This document shows positions 63,859-64,000 of a stretch of 64,000 nucleotides of DNA, piece after piece; position 1 is the first letter of the stretch, and every line of letters begins with the position of its first letter. Source of the DNA: Candidatus Merdibacter merdavium (GTDB lineage: Bacteria > Bacillota_I > Bacilli_A > Erysipelotrichales > Erysipelotrichaceae). The position numbers and the translations under genes are program-made. The stretch covers positions 75,629 to 139,628 of the forward strand of contig DWWM01000042.1 of assembly GCA_019119715.1 (NCBI GenBank). Reading direction: 5' to 3'. The notes under the pieces were generated by a model. That model did no database searches and was not told the DNA's origin. It saw nothing but the letters and a program-made list of their open reading frames with translations.

Positions 63859-64000
63859 CAGAGCCAGGAAACCTTGTTTTCCTGGCCGTTTTTGATCTTG
63901 ATGATATTGGAGCGGTGCCGATAGATGACCAGGATCGTCATGAGCCAGCTGGCGATGAGGATCTGCGGCTGATCGCTCTGCATCACGGTGATGAAAATGC
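63858..64000 (-). CDS. plsY: glycerol-3-phosphate acyltransferase PlsY, C-terminal fragment (5' end outside window)
   Basis: The hand translation of the minus strand ends ...ILVIYRHRSNIIKIKNGQENKVSWL*. This matches the conserved PlsY C-terminus (HR-x-NI-x-R/K-x-x-x-G-x-E-x-K). Confidence 0.65.
   Translation of the reverse strand, partial: IFITVMQSDQPQILIASWLMTILVIYRHRSNIIKIKNGQENKVSWL

Overview
The window is a densely coding chromosomal segment from a spore-forming Bacillota (Firmicutes) genome. Hand-counted lines give about 50% G+C or more. I found no rRNA, tRNA, CRISPR array, IS element or integrase.

Gene content, left to right:
- a MoxR / DUF58 / transglutaminase operon
- a trehalose PTS regulon (treR-treP-treC) with clear palindromic operators and a cre site
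- VanZ, a GNAT, and a CLC-type channel with CLC-F-like fluoride-exporter motifs
- a purA-purC-purB mini-cluster
- a ZIP transporter, an M29 aminopeptidase and a DUF2207 protein
- a Thr T-box followed by thrS, an orphan binding-protein-like lipoprotein and a NifX-like protein
- groES-groEL behind two CIRCE elements
- a DppA-like peptidase, a reverse rubrerythrin, rdgB and trmL
- an NlpC/P60 wall hydrolase, kptA and a pair of M16 peptidases
- a tail-less SSB, a lipoprotein, and a WYL regulator coupled to a DUF2779-like protein
- a SleC-like cortex hydrolase
- a PLC-like zinc protein plus an M19 dipeptidase, then hpf
- the sporulation/division block spoIIGA-sigE-sigG-ylmC-sepF-ylmH-divIVA
- an Ile T-box followed by ileS
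- a PHP phosphoesterase, then a low-GC islet of small ORFs
- apbE, divergent from rnfCDGEA, an unlisted 59-aa Cys-rich ORF and a minimal rnfB
- comK, an M15 peptidase, an NdpA-like protein and a Zn-ribbon protein
- a GNAT, a type III glutamine synthetase, a GT2 glycosyltransferase and the 3' end of plsY

The most unusual items are:
- the WYL / DUF2779 pair
- the NqrM-like small ORF and the ferredoxin-domain-less RnfB inside the rnf operon
- the decayed low-GC islet at 49.6-50.9 kb
- a probable non-canonical AUC start on the SleC-like gene
- a thrS that lacks the TGS domain

Every functional call comes from motif recognition by eye. No database search was run.
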